Notes under the pieces: generated by a model | What the model saw: only the letters and a program-made list of their open reading frames with translations | Told to the model about the DNA's origin: nothing | Database searches by the model: none | Part shown: piece by piece, positions 32,747 to 34,522 of the stretch | How the letters are laid out: each line of letters opens with the position of its first letter | Position numbering within the stretch: position 1 is the first letter of the stretch | NCBI GenBank assembly: GCA_016937825.1 | Contig: JAFGVT010000141.1 | Span: forward strand, 1-34,522 | Direction: 5' to 3' | Length of the DNA: 34,522 nucleotides | Source: Fidelibacterota bacterium | GTDB taxonomy: Bacteria > Fidelibacterota > Fidelibacteria > Fidelibacterales > Fidelibacteraceae | Position numbers and translations under genes: made by a program

Positions 32747-34522
32747 TCAATGAGCGTCGAACCAGGTGTCCGCGACGCCGATATCGACTTTCAGGGGAAC
32801 GGCGAGCTCGGCGGCGTGCTCCATCAGGTCGACGAGCATGTTCCGCATCCTGTCGATCTCGCGGGGGTGAACTTCAAAGACGAGTTCATCGTGCACCTGA
32901 AGGATCAGGCGGGAGCTCATCTTTTCTTTCAGGAGCCGCTCATGGATGCGGATCATGGCGATCTTGATAATATCCGCGGCGGTACCCTGAACGGGCATAT
33001 TGATCGCGGCGCGTTTTGCCGCTTCCTGGAGGTTGCGGTTCTCGCTGTTAATATCCTGGATCGGGCGTATACGCCCGTAGAGCGTCTCCACATAGCCGCG
33101 TTCCTTGCACAGCGCGATCGTCCTGTCCAGGTAGTCCCGTACGCCGGCATAGCGCTCGAAATAGGCGTTGATGATGGCACCCGCGTCCCCGTGGCTGATG
33201 TTCAGTTCTTCGGAGATCCGGTGCGCGCCGGCGCCGTACATGATGCCGAAATTGATCACCTTGGCCGTCCGCCGCATCGCCGGCGTGACGTCGCTGTCAT
33301 TGACATTGAAAACCGTTGCCGCGGTGCGGGTGTGGATGTCGGCATTCTGCCGGAAGGCCGCGATCAGGTTCTCATCCCCGGAGAGATGCGCCATGACGCG
33401 GAGTTCCACCTGGCTGTAGTCGGCGGCGATGATCTTCCACCCTTTTTCCTGAGCGCAAAAGGCCTTGCGGATCTCGCGGCCCATCTCGGTGCGGATGGGG
33501 ATGTTCTGGAAATTCGGGTTCGAACTCGACAGGCGGCCCGTCGCCGCAACGGTCTGGTTGAAGGATCCGTGGATACGTTTCGTGCTCTTGTTAACCAGGG
33601 CCGGCAAGGCGTCGACATAGGTGGAACGGAGCTTGGTCAGCATGCGGAACTCCAGTATTTTGGCCGGCAGGGGATGTTCATGCTGCAGTTTTTCCAAGAC
33701 CGTCACATCGGTCGAATAGCCCGTCTTGGTCTTCTTGGCCGCCGGCAATGCGAGTTTTTCAAAGAGAATGTGTCCCAGCTGTTTCGGGCTGTTGATATTG
33801 AAGGTACCGCCGGCAAGATCGTGGATCTCTTCCATGGCCTGCGTCATCCGTTTGCCGATCTCGCCGCTCATTTCACGAAGAAAGGGCACGTCCACGTAGA
33901 CGCCTGTTTTTTCCAGTTCCTTGAGAACGGGGATCAGGGGAAGCTCGATGTCTTCGAACACCCGCGTGAGCGAGGCCTGCGCGAGTTTTTCGCTAAGGAT
34001 CCGGTAGAGCTGGAAGGTCATGTCCGCGTCTTCCGCGGCGTAGAACGTGACCTTGTCCACCGGGACCTCAGACATGAGGATCTGCTTGCTTTTCTTTTCC
34101 CCGATCAGATCGGTGATCGGCACCATGCGGTAATGCAGGTAGCGCTCGGCCAGGAGGTCCAGCTTGTAGGAATTCATATCCGGGTTCAGCAGGTAGGCGG
34201 CGAGCATGGTATCGAACACCGGGCCCTTGACCGCGGCGCCGTGCTGCTCCAGAACGATCATGTCGAACTTGATATGCTGGCCCACCTTCGTGATGTCCGG
34301 ATGCCCCAGGACCGCTTCGAAGAGGCTCAGATTTTCAGGGGTGTAGGGAATGTAATACGCTTCCCAGGGCGTGCAGGCAAAGGACATGCCCACCAGGGGT
34401 GCGGTCATCGGATCCAGTCCGTCCGTTTCCGTATCGACCGCAAACGCTTTTTGTTCGGCAAGCTTGTCTGCCAGCTCCCGGATTTCCCGCTCCGTAGTGC
34501 ACAGAACATAGTGCTGATCCGT
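32747..34522 (-). CDS. polA: DNA polymerase I, 3'-5' exonuclease and polymerase domains (5' end outside the window)
   Basis: The frame stays open upstream of the listed Met through to base 34522 (…AFAVDTETDGLDPMTAPLVG, the Exo I motif). Polymerase motifs A (ADYSQVELRV), B (RRTAKVINFGIMYG) and C (LQVHDELVFE) are present. Confidence 0.95.
   Translation of the reverse strand, partial: TDQHYVLCTTEREIRELADKLAEQKAFAVDTETDGLDPMTAPLVGMSFACTPWEAYYIPYTPENLSLFEAVLGHPDITKVGQHIKFDMIVLEQHGAAVKGPVFDTMLAAYLLNPDMNSYKLDLLAERYLHYRMVPITDLIGEKKSKQILMSEVPVDKVTFYAAEDADMTFQLYRILSEKLAQASLTRVFEDIELPLIPVLKELEKTGVYVDVPFLREMSGEIGKRMTQAMEEIHDLAGGTFNINSPKQLGHILFEKLALPAAKKTKTGYSTDVTVLEKLQHEHPLPAKILEFRMLTKLRSTYVDALPALVNKSTKRIHGSFNQTVAATGRLSSSNPNFQNIPIRTEMGREIRKAFCAQEKGWKIIAADYSQVELRVMAHLSGDENLIAAFRQNADIHTRTAATVFNVNDSDVTPAMRRTAKVINFGIMYGAGAHRISEELNISHGDAGAIINAYFERYAGVRDYLDRTIALCKERGYVETLYGRIRPIQDINSENRNLQEAAKRAAINMPVQGTAADIIKIAMIRIHERLLKEKMSSRLILQVHDELVFEVHPREIDRMRNMLVDLMEHAAELAVPLKVDIGVADTWFDAH

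Noticed and set aside
32523-32750. 75-aa and 60-aa ORFs running through the octamer array, with periodic STPRRLDA/STHRHLDA peptides.
   Set aside because: Their openness is a by-product of a stop-free 8-bp repeat read in several frames. They overlap the polA stop region and have no SD. A translated repeat protein cannot be fully excluded, but nothing supports one.
1-34522. A scan for mobile elements, prophage genes, toxin-antitoxin pairs, restriction-modification or other defence-type genes, tRNA/rRNA and selenocysteine or frameshift signals.
   Set aside because: None were recognised. Every ORF longer than about 120 aa that is not an antisense shadow is assignable to a housekeeping or envelope function, apart from the two exported hypotheticals at 6312-7322.

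Overview
This window reads as core chromosome from an anaerobic, diderm bacterium whose phylum I cannot determine from sequence alone. The diderm call rests on Lnt, lipoproteins and SecDF, and Shine-Dalgarno sites are clear. I support 30 protein-coding genes, two of them cut by the window edges, and found no rRNA, tRNA, CRISPR array, transposase, integrase or recognisable defence gene.

Gene content, left to right:
- Plus strand, tightly packed: a rhomboid protease 3' end, then dnaB, rel, an HU/IHF-like gene, ruvX, lnt, two exported hypotheticals, an EcfT/CbiQ-like gene, truA and an HtrA-like protease.
- Convergent with that array: an alkaline phosphatase.
- A RodZ-like gene, then two tandem glutamate dehydrogenase paralogs, then plsX.
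- secD and secF, a metal-type ABC ATPase and permease, and an MOFRL glycerate kinase.
- A three-gene [FeFe]-hydrogenase operon (hydC-hydB-hydA), then dxs and a DUF4440-like gene.
- A minus-strand run ending the window: polA (5' end outside the window), nadB, a serpin and a PlsC-like acyltransferase.

I do not see a convincing new multi-gene system; most of the window is housekeeping. The leads most worth a second look are:
1. A roughly 12-copy tandem array of an 8-bp unit (GTCGAGGY) between polA and nadB.
2. A non-canonical H-cluster L1 motif in HydA (TSCSPGW instead of TSCCPxW), paired with a minimal NuoF-sized HydB.
3. A low-GC tandem pair of GDH genes whose dinucleotide-binding fingerprints resemble the NADP-type and the NAD-type respectively.
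4. A perfect DnaA box plus a one-mismatch copy directly upstream of dnaB.
5. A lipoprotein serpin translationally coupled to an acyltransferase, downstream of nadB.

All functional calls come from motif recognition by eye. No searches were run.
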